Assembly (NCBI GenBank): GCA_963733035.1
Contig: CAVTBU010000005.1
Span: 1,056,001-1,120,000, forward strand
DNA from: Pirellulales bacterium
Lineage (GTDB): Bacteria; Planctomycetota; Planctomycetia; Pirellulales; PALSA-1355
Reading direction: 5' to 3'
Length of the DNA stretch: 64,000 bases
Numbering within the stretch: position 1 is the stretch's first letter; each line of letters opens with the position of its first letter. The notes under the pieces were generated by a model. It was given only the letters and a program-made list of their open reading frames with translations. It did not search any database and had not been told where the DNA came from. This document shows, one piece after another, positions 10,583-23,284 of the stretch. The position numbers were made by a program, and so were the translations under genes.

Positions 10583-10943
10583 ATGGCACTGCGAAAGACG
10601 AATCCGCCGTTTCTCAACGGGGTTCCCGAGATGCTGTTGCTCGAATTGCTATCGCGGCGGCCGATGTACGGCTACGAGCTGGTGCAAGCCATCAAGGTCG
10701 CCACGGGCGGCGGCCTGGAGTTTGGCGAGGGCTGCGTTTATCCGATTCTGCACCGTCTGGAAACGCAGGGCGTGCTGGCGGCCGCGCGAGAAGGTGGCCG
10801 GACGCGAGCGTGTCGTTTACCGAGTGACAGCGGGCGGAAAGAAGCAGCTGGCCGACTCGGTGAGTACGTGGCAGCGCGTCGTGGCTTCCATCAACCACGC
10901 TTTGCAAGGAGGAGATCGTGGACGCGAAGCGTTGGCTGGATGA
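10583..10943 (+). CDS. PadR-family transcriptional regulator (frameshift near 10785)
   Basis: MYGYEL...EGCVYPILHRLE in one frame; RERVVYRVTAGGKKQL...W in the adjacent frame. Confidence 0.88.
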
Positions 10944-11631
10944 ACTGCGGGCCGAGTTGGCTCGAAAGAAACTACCCTCGTTCTACGTGGAACGGTTGGT
11001 GTTGGAGTTGTCAGATCATTTCTCAAGTTGCATGGAGGATCGTATGAGCACGGATGCCAAAGATCTCCACGGCGTGTTCCAACGGCTGGGATCGCCCCAG
11101 CAAGTGGCGGAATCGGCCGGAAGGGAATTTCGCAAGGCTAAGTTCGCCAGACGTCACCCGGTTTTAATGTTTGTCCTGTTGCCGGTCTTGTCACTGCCGC
11201 TTCTGTGGGTGGCCAAGATCATGTCAGTCGTTCTGCTGATCAAGATCCTTGGCATCGAACAGGGCAAGACGGACGTTCACAGTACGGTGTGGCGAATGGC
11301 AGACGCGGCGCTTCCCTATTTCGTCGTCGCCATGACCGCGTTGCCGGTAGCCGTTTCCGCATTTTGCTTCTGCATTCTCGCTCGACGAACGGGTGTTAAT
11401 TGGAAGTGGTTGATGGCGGCCTGCGTTCTACTGGCGATCGTCGGCGGAATGGGAGTCGCTCAACTCACGCTGCCGACGGCAACGAGCAGAGGCGCGTTGA
11501 GTTTTGGGCTTGGTTTTAGTTTGCGTCCAAGCCATGCCCAAATGCTGCAGTTCCTATTGCCAATTTCGATTGGCGGCTGGGCCATTTGGCGACAACTGCG
11601 CGGTGGGCGGATGCACTCGCTGCAAGCCTGA
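10918..11631 (+). CDS. Membrane protein with HAAS-like N-terminus (PadR partner)
   Basis: WLDELRAEL...ELSDH...LGSPQQVA followed by several TM helices; overlaps the end of padR. Confidence 0.7.
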   Translation: MDAKRWLDELRAELARKKLPSFYVERLVLELSDHFSSCMEDRMSTDAKDLHGVFQRLGSPQQVAESAGREFRKAKFARRHPVLMFVLLPVLSLPLLWVAKIMSVVLLIKILGIEQGKTDVHSTVWRMADAALPYFVVAMTALPVAVSAFCFCILARRTGVNWKWLMAACVLLAIVGGMGVAQLTLPTATSRGALSFGLGFSLRPSHAQMLQFLLPISIGGWAIWRQLRGGRMHSLQA

Positions 11632-11712
11632 GCGCAAGGTTACGGAGTACCGGTCAACAAACTATGGCAAGTGACGCGGGTGGCTTTGTCCACCCGTGCG
11701 CTTGCGCTCACG

Positions 11713-12327
11713 TCAAAAAAGCCATTCATCGCCGCCGTCGGGATCGACCACGGGGGCTTCTCGCAATAAATAGACCAGCGCCACAAAGTCGTAGGCCGCG
11801 TGCGTGACAATCGGCACCAGCAGGTTGCCGGTCGAAAGATACAACACGCCGAAATAGGCCCCCATCAGGGCCGCGAGCACGACGTAAGTGGCCGTGATCG
11901 AGTGCGCCAGGCCGAAGACGATGCTCGCGACCACCAATGCCCACGGAGGCGATCCGAAGGCACGCGCGAGGGCGTCTTGCAACACACCGCGAAACAGCAA
12001 CTCCTCGCCAAGCCCAGCCAGCAGGGAGATCAGCAACAAATCCAACAGCGAGGCAGCGCGGAACAGCGGTAAGATCGACTTCCGCATCACCGCGTCCAGC
12101 TTCTTGAGTGGCCCGAACGGAAAGCGGTCGAGCAAGACCAATCCCACCACCATGGGAATGGTCGCGAGCAAACCCGTCGTCACGCCGGCCAGTGTCCAGG
12201 CGATTTTGCCGAGCGGCGGCCGACCAAACAACCAGCCGACAAGTAGTGCCACAACGACCAGCGCGCCTTCGACGACGAAGGCCGCACCGACGAGACTGAC
12301 GTCCGTTTCGCGAGCCGGGCTGTCCAT
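11713..12327 (-). CDS. CPBP (CAAX/Abi) intramembrane metalloprotease
   Basis: GEELLFRG, FGLAH, HAAYD motifs. Confidence 0.9.
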   Translation of the reverse strand: MDSPARETDVSLVGAAFVVEGALVVVALLVGWLFGRPPLGKIAWTLAGVTTGLLATIPMVVGLVLLDRFPFGPLKKLDAVMRKSILPLFRAASLLDLLLISLLAGLGEELLFRGVLQDALARAFGSPPWALVVASIVFGLAHSITATYVVLAALMGAYFGVLYLSTGNLLVPIVTHAAYDFVALVYLLREAPVVDPDGGDEWLF

Positions 12328-12761
12328 CAGGCGACCGGTGGGGGCTGCGGTGGGCGAGTGAACAGGCGATCGAAGCTCATCGGCCCAGCGCCAAACGCGA
12401 TCACCAACAACACGCCGCCGGCAATCGAAACGTTCTTCATGAAGTTGGTCATCTGCGCTACCTGCTCGGCCCCTTGATAGGCCCAAAAGTCGTGCATGAT
12501 GGCCGTGACGGGCGCCAGGAACACCAGCAGCGCCAGCGCCCCAAAACGCGCTTGGATGCCGAGAAGAACCGACAGCCCCCCGATAATCTCCAAGGCCACG
12601 GCAATCGACAACAGGATGTTGGCGGCCGGTAGCCCCTTGTCGATCATCATCCGTAGCGGCTGCTGCCAGTCCATCAGTTTGGCCGCCCCGCTGGCCAGAA
12701 AGATCGATGCCAACAGCAGGCGTCCCAGCGGCGCGAGATATTGCAGCACGCGGTCCGACAT
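12327..12761 (-). CDS. DoxX-family membrane protein
   Basis: LGRLLLASIFLASG, EIIGGL, HDFW, FMKNVSIAGG. Confidence 0.9.
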   Translation of the reverse strand: MSDRVLQYLAPLGRLLLASIFLASGAAKLMDWQQPLRMMIDKGLPAANILLSIAVALEIIGGLSVLLGIQARFGALALLVFLAPVTAIMHDFWAYQGAEQVAQMTNFMKNVSIAGGVLLVIAFGAGPMSFDRLFTRPPQPPPVA

Positions 12762-13082
12762 GGTCAGGCCTCCCTCGCAAAAGGTTGAACTCACCTCACC
12801 GCCCGGCACGAACAAGGCCGGTGACCAGCATTGTACGCGGCCACGAACATGCCTCCGCCCGGCGGCTTAGTTTTGTGGCGCCGTACTGACCGCCCCGCTG
12901 GCTGGATCTGACGGCTGCTTGAACACCCTATTCTCTTAGCTCGCCGAGGCTTACGGCTGCTTGACGGTTTTGGCTCCGACTTGTTAGATTGACCCGCTTG
13001 TACACCACTCCCCACAGCATCGCAGACGGCGAGCGAGGCGAGCCGCCAGCCGGCGCTCGAGACTTGAAAGGAACGCGGATCA

Positions 13083-15809
13083 ATGGAGAAATACGTCTAT
13101 TCTTTCGGACCGTCGGGCACCGACGGTTCGGCCTCGATGAGGGACTTGTTGGGTGGCAAGGGCGCCAACCTGGCCGAAATGACCAATCTGGGTCTGCCAG
13201 TGCCGGCCGGTTTCACGATCGGCACCAACGTCTGCACGTATTACTACGACCACGAAAAGAGTTATCCGCCGGAACTCAAGAAGCTGGTCGACGAGGCGAT
13301 GGCCAAGATCGAGCGCGAGATGGGGGCCGAGTTCGGTTCGACCAAGAACCCGCTGCTCGTCTCCTGCCGCTCGGGCGCCCGCGAAAGCATGCCGGGCATG
13401 ATGGACACGGTGCTGAACATCGGGCTGAACGATCAGACGGTCGAAGCGCTGGCCAAGCAATCGGGCAACGAAAGTTTCGCTTGGGATAGCTATCGCCGCT
13501 TCGTGCAGATGTACGGCGACGTGGTGCTCGACATGAAGCCCAAAACGAAACACGACCACGATCCGTTCGAAGACCTGCTCGACGCCAAAAAGGAGAAGGC
13601 GGGCGTGAAGCTCGACAACGAGCTGTCGGCTGGGCACCTCAAGGAATTGGTGACGGAATTCAAGAAGGCCATCAAAGAGCATACCGGAAAGGAATTCCCC
13701 ACCGACCCGATGGAGCAGGTGTGGGGCGCGATTAGCGCTGTCTTCGGAAGCTGGATGAACGATCGCGCAGTGGTCTATCGCCGCACTTACGGTATTCCGC
13801 ATGAATGGGGCACGGCCGTCAACGTCCAGGCGATGGTCTTTGGCAACCTGGGAGACGATTGTGCCACCGGCGTGGCCATGACCCGCGACGTGGCGCTGGG
13901 CGTGCCCGGCATCAATGGCGACTATCTGGTCAACGCGCAAGGCGAGGACGTGGTGGCCGGCATTCGCACGCCGCAGCGCATTGAAGAAACATTGTCGAAA
14001 GTCATGCCCAAGGCCTTCGAAGAGCTGGTGGAAATCGGCAACAAGCTCGAATCGCACTACAAGGACGTGCAGGACATCGAGTTCACGGTCCAGCGACGCA
14101 AAGTTTGGATGCTGCAAACCCGAAATGCCAAGCGAACGGGTTTTGCCGCCGTGCGAATCGCGGTCGACATGGTCAATGAAGGCCTGATCACCAAGCAGCA
14201 GGCCTTAAACGCCAAACGGATTCCGGCCGACGATTTGAATCAGTTGTTGCAACCGATTTACGACCCGAATTCCAAGCGATCGGCCGTCGATGCCGGCCGT
14301 CTGTTGGCCAAGGGCATCAACGCCGGTCCCGGTGCCGCCAGCGGAAAGATCGTGTTTCACGCGTCCGACGCCGAGGAAGAGTGGCGCAAGGACAACAAGG
14401 TGCAGCTGATCCTGGTCCGGCGGGAAACCAGCCCGGAAGATCTCCGCGGCATGAAGATTGCGCAGGGCATTCTCACGGCCTTCGGCGGGGCCAGCTCGCA
14501 TGCGGCGCTGGTCAGCCGTCAGATGGGCAAAGCATGCATTGTGGGCTGCGGCGATTTGAATATCGACTATCAGGCCGGCGCGCTAAAGGTCAACGGCAAG
14601 AGCTTTAAAGCCGGCGATTGGATTTCGATCGACGGTTTTACGGGCGAAGTGTTCGAAGGCAAGGTCGAAACCCGACCCAGCGAGATTCTGCAAGTGCTGA
14701 TTTCCAAATCGATGAAACCGCAGGAGGCCGAAACTTATCAGCGCTACGAGCAGTTGATGACCTGGGTAGACGAACACCGCAAGCTCAACGTGCGCACCAA
14801 CGCGGACGAGCCGAAGCAAGCCGCCGAAGCGATCGCCTTTGGCGCCGAAGGCATTGGACTGTGCCGCACCGAGCACATGTTCTTCGACCACATCAATGAC
14901 TTCCGCGAGATGATTCTCGCCGATACGGTGGACGAGCGCGAGAAGGCTTTGACCAAGCTTTTGCCGCATCAGCGGAAGGACTTCGACGGCATCTTTCGGG
15001 CCATGCAGGGCAAGCCGGTCACCATCCGCTTGCTCGATCCGCCGCTGCACGAGTTCCTGCCGCATTCGCAAAGTGAACAGGGCGAACTGGCCAAGATCAT
15101 CGGAGTTAGTGCAGACGCGATTCATCGCCGCGTGCAGGAGCTGCACGAGTTCAATCCGATGCTCGGACATCGCGGCTGTCGCCTGGGTATCGTCTATCCG
15201 GAAATCACGCGGATGCAAGCCCGAGCCATTTTTGAAGCCGCTTGCGACGTGAAGCTAGCCGGGCTCGACGTGCATCCGGAAGTGATGATTCCGCTGGCGG
15301 GTTTTGCCACGGAATTCCACGACCAGGAAAAGATCGTGCGCGAAACGGCCGACAAGGTGTTCAAGGAGAAAGGGACCCACGTGCAGTACCTGGTGGGAAC
15401 CATGGTCGAGTTGCCGCGGGCGGCAATTTGTGCCGATCAAATTGCAAAGCACGCGGAGTTCTTTAGCTTTGGCACGAACGACCTGACGCAGACGACCCTG
15501 GGCATGAGCCGCGACGACTACGGCGGTTTCATTAACGAGTATCGCGAACGGGACATCATTCCCAACGATCCCTTCCAGACGATCGACCGCGACGGGGTCG
15601 GCGGCCTGATGAAGATCGCGGTGGCTGGCGGCCGCCAGTCGCGGCCCGAGATCAAGCTGGGCATCTGCGGCGAGCATGGCGGCGACCCGGCAAGCGTGCA
15701 GTTCTGTCACGAAATTGGACTGAACTACGTGAGCTGCTCGCCCTTCCGCGTGCCAATTGCCCGGCTGGCTGCCGCCCAGGCGGCGGTGGCTGACGCGGGC
15801 AAGAAGTAA
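13083..15809 (+). CDS. ppdK: Pyruvate, phosphate dikinase
   Basis: [74 protein letters not shown]. Confidence 0.97.
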   Translation: MEKYVYSFGPSGTDGSASMRDLLGGKGANLAEMTNLGLPVPAGFTIGTNVCTYYYDHEKSYPPELKKLVDEAMAKIEREMGAEFGSTKNPLLVSCRSGARESMPGMMDTVLNIGLNDQTVEALAKQSGNESFAWDSYRRFVQMYGDVVLDMKPKTKHDHDPFEDLLDAKKEKAGVKLDNELSAGHLKELVTEFKKAIKEHTGKEFPTDPMEQVWGAISAVFGSWMNDRAVVYRRTYGIPHEWGTAVNVQAMVFGNLGDDCATGVAMTRDVALGVPGINGDYLVNAQGEDVVAGIRTPQRIEETLSKVMPKAFEELVEIGNKLESHYKDVQDIEFTVQRRKVWMLQTRNAKRTGFAAVRIAVDMVNEGLITKQQALNAKRIPADDLNQLLQPIYDPNSKRSAVDAGRLLAKGINAGPGAASGKIVFHASDAEEEWRKDNKVQLILVRRETSPEDLRGMKIAQGILTAFGGASSHAALVSRQMGKACIVGCGDLNIDYQAGALKVNGKSFKAGDWISIDGFTGEVFEGKVETRPSEILQVLISKSMKPQEAETYQRYEQLMTWVDEHRKLNVRTNADEPKQAAEAIAFGAEGIGLCRTEHMFFDHINDFREMILADTVDEREKALTKLLPHQRKDFDGIFRAMQGKPVTIRLLDPPLHEFLPHSQSEQGELAKIIGVSADAIHRRVQELHEFNPMLGHRGCRLGIVYPEITRMQARAIFEAACDVKLAGLDVHPEVMIPLAGFATEFHDQEKIVRETADKVFKEKGTHVQYLVGTMVELPRAAICADQIAKHAEFFSFGTNDLTQTTLGMSRDDYGGFINEYRERDIIPNDPFQTIDRDGVGGLMKIAVAGGRQSRPEIKLGICGEHGGDPASVQFCHEIGLNYVSCSPFRVPIARLAAAQAAVADAGKK

Positions 15810-15846
15810 GCCGAATGTTCGAAATGGCCTCACGCGACATCCCGCT

Positions 15847-16350
15847 TCAGCCCGCCGGAAACTGTCGACAGTATTCGTACAGCGCCATGGCCGTGGCCGT
15901 GGCCACGTTGTAGCTGAAGGGCAGGCCGTAGACCGGAATCTCAACGACGTGGTCGAGCAGGACCAGAACGTCGTCGGTCAGACCGGCACGTTCGTTGCCG
16001 ACGATGAGCGCTGTGCGCCGCGGAAAAGCAAAGGTGTGTAGGCTCGAAGAGTTGGTGGTCTGCTCCAGTCCGACAAGTTGAAAGCCGTCCTGCTTTAGTT
16101 CCTTGAGCACCGGCGGCAGTGTACGGTGGACATCGACTTCGACCGTGTCGGCGCCGTCGCGCGCAATCTTGCCGATGATCTTAGCATGGCCACAAACGAT
16201 CACGCGGCGAACTCCCGAGCAGCCCGCTACCCGCACGATGCGAGACAGATTGATGTTGCTGCGCACGGGAGCGCAGGCGACGACCAACTCGCGGGGGCGT
16301 TCCAAGGGCGAGACGGGTTTGTGGCGCTGGTGGACGAAGTCGGACATCAT
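15847..16350 (-). CDS. TrmH/SpoU-family RNA methyltransferase
   Basis: LIVGNERAGL, VEIPVYG...SYNVATA SPOUT motifs. Confidence 0.88.
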   Translation of the reverse strand: MMSDFVHQRHKPVSPLERPRELVVACAPVRSNINLSRIVRVAGCSGVRRVIVCGHAKIIGKIARDGADTVEVDVHRTLPPVLKELKQDGFQLVGLEQTTNSSSLHTFAFPRRTALIVGNERAGLTDDVLVLLDHVVEIPVYGLPFSYNVATATAMALYEYCRQFPAG

Positions 16351-16458
16351 GGCATCGTACGGCTGCCGAAAACGCTCGGCAATCGCCTTTTGACGGCTAG
16401 CCCGAGCGACGATTAGACTGATGGAACACCCCGTTTTCGCTACGAAAGGCCCGCCTTC

Positions 16459-17124
16459 ATGTTCCGTCTGACGATTCGGCCGAAATGCCTCTATCTGGCG
16501 CCGCTCTACGTGATGATGTTGGCGGTCGTCGGTTGCCGTCCGGCGGCATCTCGGGACGACTTAAAGCCGAGCGAGGGGCCCGCCGCTTCGCAAGATCATG
16601 CCCCCGCGAGCGATTCGCACGTGCAGGACGTGAAGCTTGACGTTCTCAATTACGACGAGATTCAACAGCGGATTGCCGAACAGCGGGGGAAAGTCGTGGT
16701 GATGGATGCCTGGAGCACGAGCTGCCCTCCGTGCATGAAAGACTTTCACAACCTCGTCGAATTGCACAAGCAATATGGACCCGCTGAACTGGCGTGTATT
16801 TCGCTCAGCTTCGACTACGAGGGACTTGGAAAGCCGGAGGACGTGAGCGAGGGGGTACTCACGTTTTTGCGGTCTCAGGGGGCGACATTCGACAATTTGA
16901 TGTCGAACGAGGAATCGGACGTACTGTATCGCAAGTTTGATCTAAACGCGGTTCCCGCGGTCTTCGTCTATGATCGCTCGGGGAAACTACGGCAGCGATT
17001 CGAGAGCGAAGGCGCCTATGAACAGGTGCGCGCGCTCGTGGCCGATCTCGTCAAAGAGATGCCCGCCGGCGCGGCAGCAACCGACGCCGGCAGATCGTCG
17101 GAAGACGACGCCGCGGGCTTGTAG
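16459..17124 (+). CDS. TlpA-like thioredoxin-fold lipoprotein
   Basis: Lipobox-like AVVGC; GKVVVMDAWSTSCPPC. Confidence 0.85.
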   Translation: MFRLTIRPKCLYLAPLYVMMLAVVGCRPAASRDDLKPSEGPAASQDHAPASDSHVQDVKLDVLNYDEIQQRIAEQRGKVVVMDAWSTSCPPCMKDFHNLVELHKQYGPAELACISLSFDYEGLGKPEDVSEGVLTFLRSQGATFDNLMSNEESDVLYRKFDLNAVPAVFVYDRSGKLRQRFESEGAYEQVRALVADLVKEMPAGAAATDAGRSSEDDAAGL

Positions 17125-17141
17125 TTGGCGCGCCAGGCGGT

Positions 17142-17558
17142 TCAGGTGGTGACGTGCGACAGCAGGTAGTCGTCGAGGCGAATCTTGCGATTGCCCTCGG
17201 GCATCGCCTCGAACAGCATGTCGAGGAGCGTGGAGAACTTCCTCGTCTTCAGGCCGTAGTAGTTGTGTTTGCCCTCGCGTCGGCGTTCGATCAACCCCGC
17301 TACGCGCAACAGCGCCAAGTGATGGCTGACGGCCGGCTGGCTTTCACCAAGCAGTTCGCACAAGGCCCGCACGTGAAGTTCGTTGCGCTCGGTGAGGTAA
17401 TAGAGGATCCGAAGTCGGGTTTCGTCGGATAGCAGCTTGAACAATTTGACGAGATTGTCGACGAGGTCGTCAGATACGGCCAAATGCCACCCGTCGGTGG
17501 AGGCCTGCGAGTCTTTTGGTTGTCGATTTCCCATGGGTTGTTGAAGAGCGTTCACCAT
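17142..17558 (-). CDS. ArsR/SmtB-family transcriptional regulator
   Basis: FKLLSDETRLRIL, SQPAVSHHLALLR, RREGKHNYY. Confidence 0.9.
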   Translation of the reverse strand: MVNALQQPMGNRQPKDSQASTDGWHLAVSDDLVDNLVKLFKLLSDETRLRILYYLTERNELHVRALCELLGESQPAVSHHLALLRVAGLIERRREGKHNYYGLKTRKFSTLLDMLFEAMPEGNRKIRLDDYLLSHVTT

Positions 17559-18122
17559 GTTCGCCCTCTGCAGAAGTACGCACGTGAGGTCAAACGAAAC
17601 CGCGGACCGCGGTTCCGGAGATTGACCGTATGAAGTGAAAACGAACGAAAATGATCGGCACGCACGGCACGATGGCCGGCGAAGCATGTCCCTGAATTAC
17701 GTGTTTGTCAGACCGACAGTCGAGATGAGAATCTTTGCTTTGCCACTTTGCCGCCAAACGCAGAACGCGAAAAGTGGATCTTACGGCGGCAAGTTGCGCA
17801 GGTCACATGACCTATGGGCGACATTGTAGCGACTGCCCGGGAAAATGGAACCGCCGGGCGGGAAATGGCCGGAATTTGCGGCGAAATATGCCGTCGGTGC
17901 GCGGCGAACTGTGCCTTCGCATCTAGCCAGTTGCCCACCTTCTGTCCCGTTTGATTGTCTGGCAACCCGGCTGGCGGCTGGTTGGCCACGCTAGCACGAC
18001 GTGCAGGCGAGGGCCGCTCGAACCTCGCATTGACCCGGGACAGCGCCAGCCCTACCATTCCGCCGCTCATCAGGCGCTGCTCGCTTCCCTTTGCCCAACT
18101 CACTTTTCGAAGGACTACTGCT

Positions 18123-18908
18123 GTGCGCAGGGTAGTCATAATCGCGTCTCTGGCCGCTGCGTTGGTTCTGGCCATCGCCGGAGCATCGCTGCTAGCGGTC
18201 TATCGAGCCTCGCAGCGCGTGCCGGAATTCTACCAGGCCGCAGTGGCCGTCGAACCCGAGGCACAGCAGGAAGAGCGCGACGCCTTCGTCGCTCGAGCAA
18301 CGGCGCTGGCCAGCGACCTCAACATGGAAGGACGCTGGCAGAGCCTGTTCACGGCCGACGAAATCAATGCCTGGCTAGCGCTTGAACTCTCGACAAACTA
18401 TCCGGACTTGCTGCCGGCGGAATTGCGCGACCCGCGGATCTCGCTGGACAAGGACATGGCGACGCTCGGTTGCCAATATCGGAGCGGCGAGATGGACGCC
18501 GTCGTGACCGTGAAATTCGAGGCGTACCTGCACAGCAAGCACGTGGTCGCGATCCGCATCCATGGAGCCCGCGCAGGCTCGATTCCAGTTCCGCTGGGAA
18601 CGATTCTCGATGGCATTGCGTACGCCGCGCGGCAACTGAACCTACGCCTGGAATGGCGCCAGTCGCATGGCGACCCGGTCGCCTTAATCACGCTTCCGCC
18701 TCTGGGCGACAAGCCGTCCGAGGCGCTGTGTCTGGACGCCATCGAGATGCGCGAAGGCGAACTGTTCGTGGCCGGGACGGTCGGACGGCCGCCACTCGAG
18801 ACGAGCCCGGTCGTGCCCCAACCACTGCGCGTTCCGACCGCCAAGCTGGAGCCCAAGAGCGATCAGCCACGGATCGGCGCGGCCCCCACCGAAACGCTCC
18901 AAAAGTGA
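18123..18908 (+). CDS. Hypothetical protein with N-terminal membrane anchor
   Basis: N-terminal TM segment then globular region (FTADEINAWLA); coding-like composition. Confidence 0.65.
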   Translation: MRRVVIIASLAAALVLAIAGASLLAVYRASQRVPEFYQAAVAVEPEAQQEERDAFVARATALASDLNMEGRWQSLFTADEINAWLALELSTNYPDLLPAELRDPRISLDKDMATLGCQYRSGEMDAVVTVKFEAYLHSKHVVAIRIHGARAGSIPVPLGTILDGIAYAARQLNLRLEWRQSHGDPVALITLPPLGDKPSEALCLDAIEMREGELFVAGTVGRPPLETSPVVPQPLRVPTAKLEPKSDQPRIGAAPTETLQK

Positions 18909-19252
18909 TTGCCTCCCGTTTTTTCGAGCACGAGGCGGCAAGGGAGCCGCGGTCCGTCGAGAACCACGGTAAGCGCGTCGTTGCCAGGGACCTCGATTTG
19001 ATATTGTCCCGCATCCCAGCGAGTTACCTGGCCACGATTGCCTGAAACGGGTCCTTCGTACGTGAGATAGTCGAGTCGATGGTCCGGTAGCTGCTCGGCG
19101 TTGCAGGTGCAACCGACCGCGGGTTCGGTGGCCAGGGCCCACGACCGCAGGGCTGTTCCCCACTCGAGCATCAAATCCCAATGCGTCGAACGGCCGGGGG
19201 CCAACTGCTGACCGGCGGGCAGTTCGTGCAACAGGATTACGTATCGCGGCAT
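18863..19252 (-). CDS. Stand-alone LigD N-terminal (3'-phosphoesterase-like) domain protein
   Basis: RYVILLH...HWDLMLE...LRSWAL, DHRLDYLTYEG, G.VTRWDAG.Y. Confidence 0.8.
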   Translation of the reverse strand: MPRYVILLHELPAGQQLAPGRSTHWDLMLEWGTALRSWALATEPAVGCTCNAEQLPDHRLDYLTYEGPVSGNRGQVTRWDAGQYQIEVPGNDALTVVLDGPRLPCRLVLEKTGGNHFWSVSVGAAPIRG

Positions 19253-19282
19253 GATCATCCCTTCCAGGTCGCGTCCGCGCGG

Positions 19283-19735
19283 CTACTCGTGAGCCGCCGG
19301 TTCGTCGCGCCTCTCGACGCCGAATTGCGCCAAATATCTGCGCTCGGCGTCTTGCATCGCGGTCCGCAACGCATCCGTGGCATCGTCGTATCCGACCAGG
19401 TGCAGTGTGCCATGCACGACGTACAACAGAAGCTCGTCTTCGGCCGGCCAACCAAGCCGCTCGGCTGTGCGGGCCGCGGTGTCGTTGCTGACGATCACTT
19501 CGCCTTCCAAATGGTCCCCTTCCCGCTCGAGCAGGAAGCTGAGCACGTCGGTGGCGTAATCGTGCTGGAGGTACTGTCGGTTGAGAGCGTGGATCGTCGG
19601 ATCATTGACGATGGCAATGCTCAACGCCCCCTCGCGGACGCCCGCTTCACGCAAGATGGCCGCGGCGACTTGTCGCAGACGCTGCTGATTGACTGCGAGC
19701 GTGTCCTGCTCACGGGTGACTTCGATCGTAAGCAT
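19283..19735 (-). CDS. ybeY: rRNA maturation endoribonuclease YbeY
   Basis: LNRQYL.HDYATDVLSF, HGTLHLVGYDD. Confidence 0.93.
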   Translation of the reverse strand: MLTIEVTREQDTLAVNQQRLRQVAAAILREAGVREGALSIAIVNDPTIHALNRQYLQHDYATDVLSFLLEREGDHLEGEVIVSNDTAARTAERLGWPAEDELLLYVVHGTLHLVGYDDATDALRTAMQDAERRYLAQFGVERRDEPAAHE

Positions 19736-19842
19736 GACTTGCGGTGGGATGCGCCTTACGGATTGGGTCGTTGACTCGTGGTGAACTCGCTTGGTTATTC
19801 CGATTCGATACGGCGGGGCAACGCGCGCGACGGGGCATGCAC

Positions 19843-22092
19843 CTAGGCGGTGCGCTGTTGGTCGGGATATTTCACGCGGCCGTGATAGACCGCGGTGAGC
19901 GACTTAACCAGGCTGTCTTCGATCGTGGCTAGTTCCTGGAGAGTCAAGCCGCATTGATCGAATTGGCCGTCCAGTAGCCGCTTCATGGCAATATCATGAA
20001 CGAGGCTCTCGATGCGAGCGGGCGTTGGTTCGACCAGAGCGCGGCTGGCACCCTCGACGGCGTCGGCCAACATCAAGACGGCGGCTTCCTTGGTCTGCGG
20101 CTTGGGGCCAGGATAGCGGAAATTGCTCTCATCCACCTCACCGCCGTCGGGATTGGCCTCGGCGGCTCGACGGAAAAAGTATTCGACCAGCGTCGTGCCG
20201 TGATGCTGCTCAATGAAATCGATAATCGCCTTGGGAAGGCGATGCTGGCGGGCAAGGTCGGCACCGTCTTTGATGTGCGCGATGATGATCAACGTGCTCA
20301 TGGCCGGTACGAGCGCCTCGTGACGGTTGGCGTCGTGGCCTTGGTTTTCGACGAAGTAACCCGGCTTGAGCATTTTTCCGATGTCGTGGAAGTAGGCCCC
20401 CACGCGAACCAACAGCCCCTTGGCGCCGATGCTTTCGGCCGCGGCCTCGGCAATCGAGGCGACGTTGATCGAATGGTTGTAGGTTCCCGGCGCCCGGCGG
20501 ACAAGTTCCTGCAAGAGCGGGTGGGCCACGTCGCCGAGTTCCAGCAGGCTCAACTCGGTTTGCACGCCAAACAAGCTCTCGATGAAGGGGAGCAGTGCCA
20601 GCATTAGCCCGCCCGCGAACACCGAGAACAATCCATAGCGGAGCGCGTCGGGCCAAATGGCGGCGAACGGTTGGGCAGAGAGTGTCTCGACGCCTACGGT
20701 GGTCAACGACGCGACCAGGCCCACGGCCAGTCCAACGTAGATCAGCTTGCGGCGATTGCGAATGCTGCCCACCAGTAAAATCGAGGAGGCGACCGCCGAA
20801 TAGAGAATCATGAACTGCCCGAGGCCTTGTCCGGTCGTCACGACGACGATCACCGTGATCACGGCCGAAAAGAGGAGTGCCAGTTCGCGGTGAAATGCAA
20901 TTGAAAGCGTCAGGCCAAACACGATCAGCGGCACGATCTCGGCCCGAATCGTGTCGACCGAGGCCAGGACCGACAATCCGACCGTGACGACGATTAGCCC
21001 CAGCGTCGTGGCGAACTGTCGCAGGTTGTCGACGAGCTTCGGCTCGTAATTCAGTACGTAGACTCCACACAGGATCGACAAGGCGACAAACATTCCCAGC
21101 GAGGCGAGAGAATAGGCCAGCCGCTGGCTGATCGTGCGATTCTTGAGATAGGCATCGTGTTCGAGTTGCAACAGCGATAAATCGTCAAGCGGCTTGCCGG
21201 CCGGGACCAGCAGGTCGCCGACGATGTATTTGTGATACACCGGACCGACCGCGTCCTCCGCCCGCTTTTGCGCCAGCCGCGTTTCGGTCTCGTTTCGCTT
21301 AAGCGTGGTCGGCAGGCGACTACGGAGCCAGGTGAAGACGCGGGTTGCCAGCTCGGGAGAGTCAAGCCGTTCGGCCAGCCCCTTCTTCAACCAGTCGGCC
21401 TCTCCGATCAAAACGTCGCTGACCCTGACCAGTTGCCGTTGATCCGGATGACCGGCGGGAATGACGACGATTTCCTGCTGATTCCCTTCGTTGGGCTCCT
21501 GCGGAAGCTTTTCCATGATGCCCCGCTGCTCATACGGCGCGAGCACTTCGGCAACGGCTCGTTCCAGTTTGTCCAAGGCTTCGGGCGTCGAGAGGGCGCC
21601 GCGCAGGAGCTGAAATCGCTGTTCCTGTTCGTCGGGGGTCAGCGTGGGCGCCCCGGAGCCGGGGGGCGGAAAGAACTCATCCCAGACTTTCTTATCCAAA
21701 TCGGCCAGCGATTTGGCCCCGGCCAATTGCACGGCTTGATTGTGCAAGGCCGCCCGCAACTGCGTCAGTTCGTCGACGTCGTGGTCGTAAACAAAGCTGA
21801 CTTTGTTGGCGGCCAGCGCCTTGGCTTCGCGAGTTTTGTCGGGATCGATTTTTTCAAAGGGGACTTTGGCCACGATGTTGCGTGGCGGGGTGAAGTCGCG
21901 TTGGTACTCGAGTGGGACGGACCAGGAGAGCGTGACGCACCACAATGCGAGGACGGTAAGCAGGCACAGTCCCAGTCGCAGCAAGACGTCGCCGCGTTTG
22001 AGATAGGCCAGCGCGCGCCCCACGGTTCCGGGAGGCAATTCGAGCGCCGCCACCCGCTCCGACCGCTTACGTTTTTGCGTACCGTTTGCCAT
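19843..22092 (-). CDS. 7TM-HD phosphohydrolase (PgpH-like)
   Basis: Extracytoplasmic domain, multi-TM block, APGTYNHS, YFHDIGK, HHGTT, FRYPGPKPQTKEAAVLMLAD. Confidence 0.9.
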   Translation of the reverse strand: MANGTQKRKRSERVAALELPPGTVGRALAYLKRGDVLLRLGLCLLTVLALWCVTLSWSVPLEYQRDFTPPRNIVAKVPFEKIDPDKTREAKALAANKVSFVYDHDVDELTQLRAALHNQAVQLAGAKSLADLDKKVWDEFFPPPGSGAPTLTPDEQEQRFQLLRGALSTPEALDKLERAVAEVLAPYEQRGIMEKLPQEPNEGNQQEIVVIPAGHPDQRQLVRVSDVLIGEADWLKKGLAERLDSPELATRVFTWLRSRLPTTLKRNETETRLAQKRAEDAVGPVYHKYIVGDLLVPAGKPLDDLSLLQLEHDAYLKNRTISQRLAYSLASLGMFVALSILCGVYVLNYEPKLVDNLRQFATTLGLIVVTVGLSVLASVDTIRAEIVPLIVFGLTLSIAFHRELALLFSAVITVIVVVTTGQGLGQFMILYSAVASSILLVGSIRNRRKLIYVGLAVGLVASLTTVGVETLSAQPFAAIWPDALRYGLFSVFAGGLMLALLPFIESLFGVQTELSLLELGDVAHPLLQELVRRAPGTYNHSINVASIAEAAAESIGAKGLLVRVGAYFHDIGKMLKPGYFVENQGHDANRHEALVPAMSTLIIIAHIKDGADLARQHRLPKAIIDFIEQHHGTTLVEYFFRRAAEANPDGGEVDESNFRYPGPKPQTKEAAVLMLADAVEGASRALVEPTPARIESLVHDIAMKRLLDGQFDQCGLTLQELATIEDSLVKSLTAVYHGRVKYPDQQRTA

Positions 22093-22113
22093 GCGCGTTC
22101 GTGGGCCGGCGAC

Positions 22114-23064
<951 letters not shown>

Positions 23065-23284
23065 TAAACAAAAACGGCGGCACGGAGGCCGCACGCCCAA
23101 AACCTCAAGGGTCAATCGGTATCCTAAATATAGCGGATTGGTGCACGCAGGCGAAGGAGATTCTGGCCATCGCTCGCCGTAAGCAATCGCAGGCCAAGGA
23201 TTTGCGAAGACCTGTAGGGGATCTGGGGGAAATAGGGACTCGCGGCCCGCCGTGGGAATGCGCATCTTCGGCGCGCCGACCAAC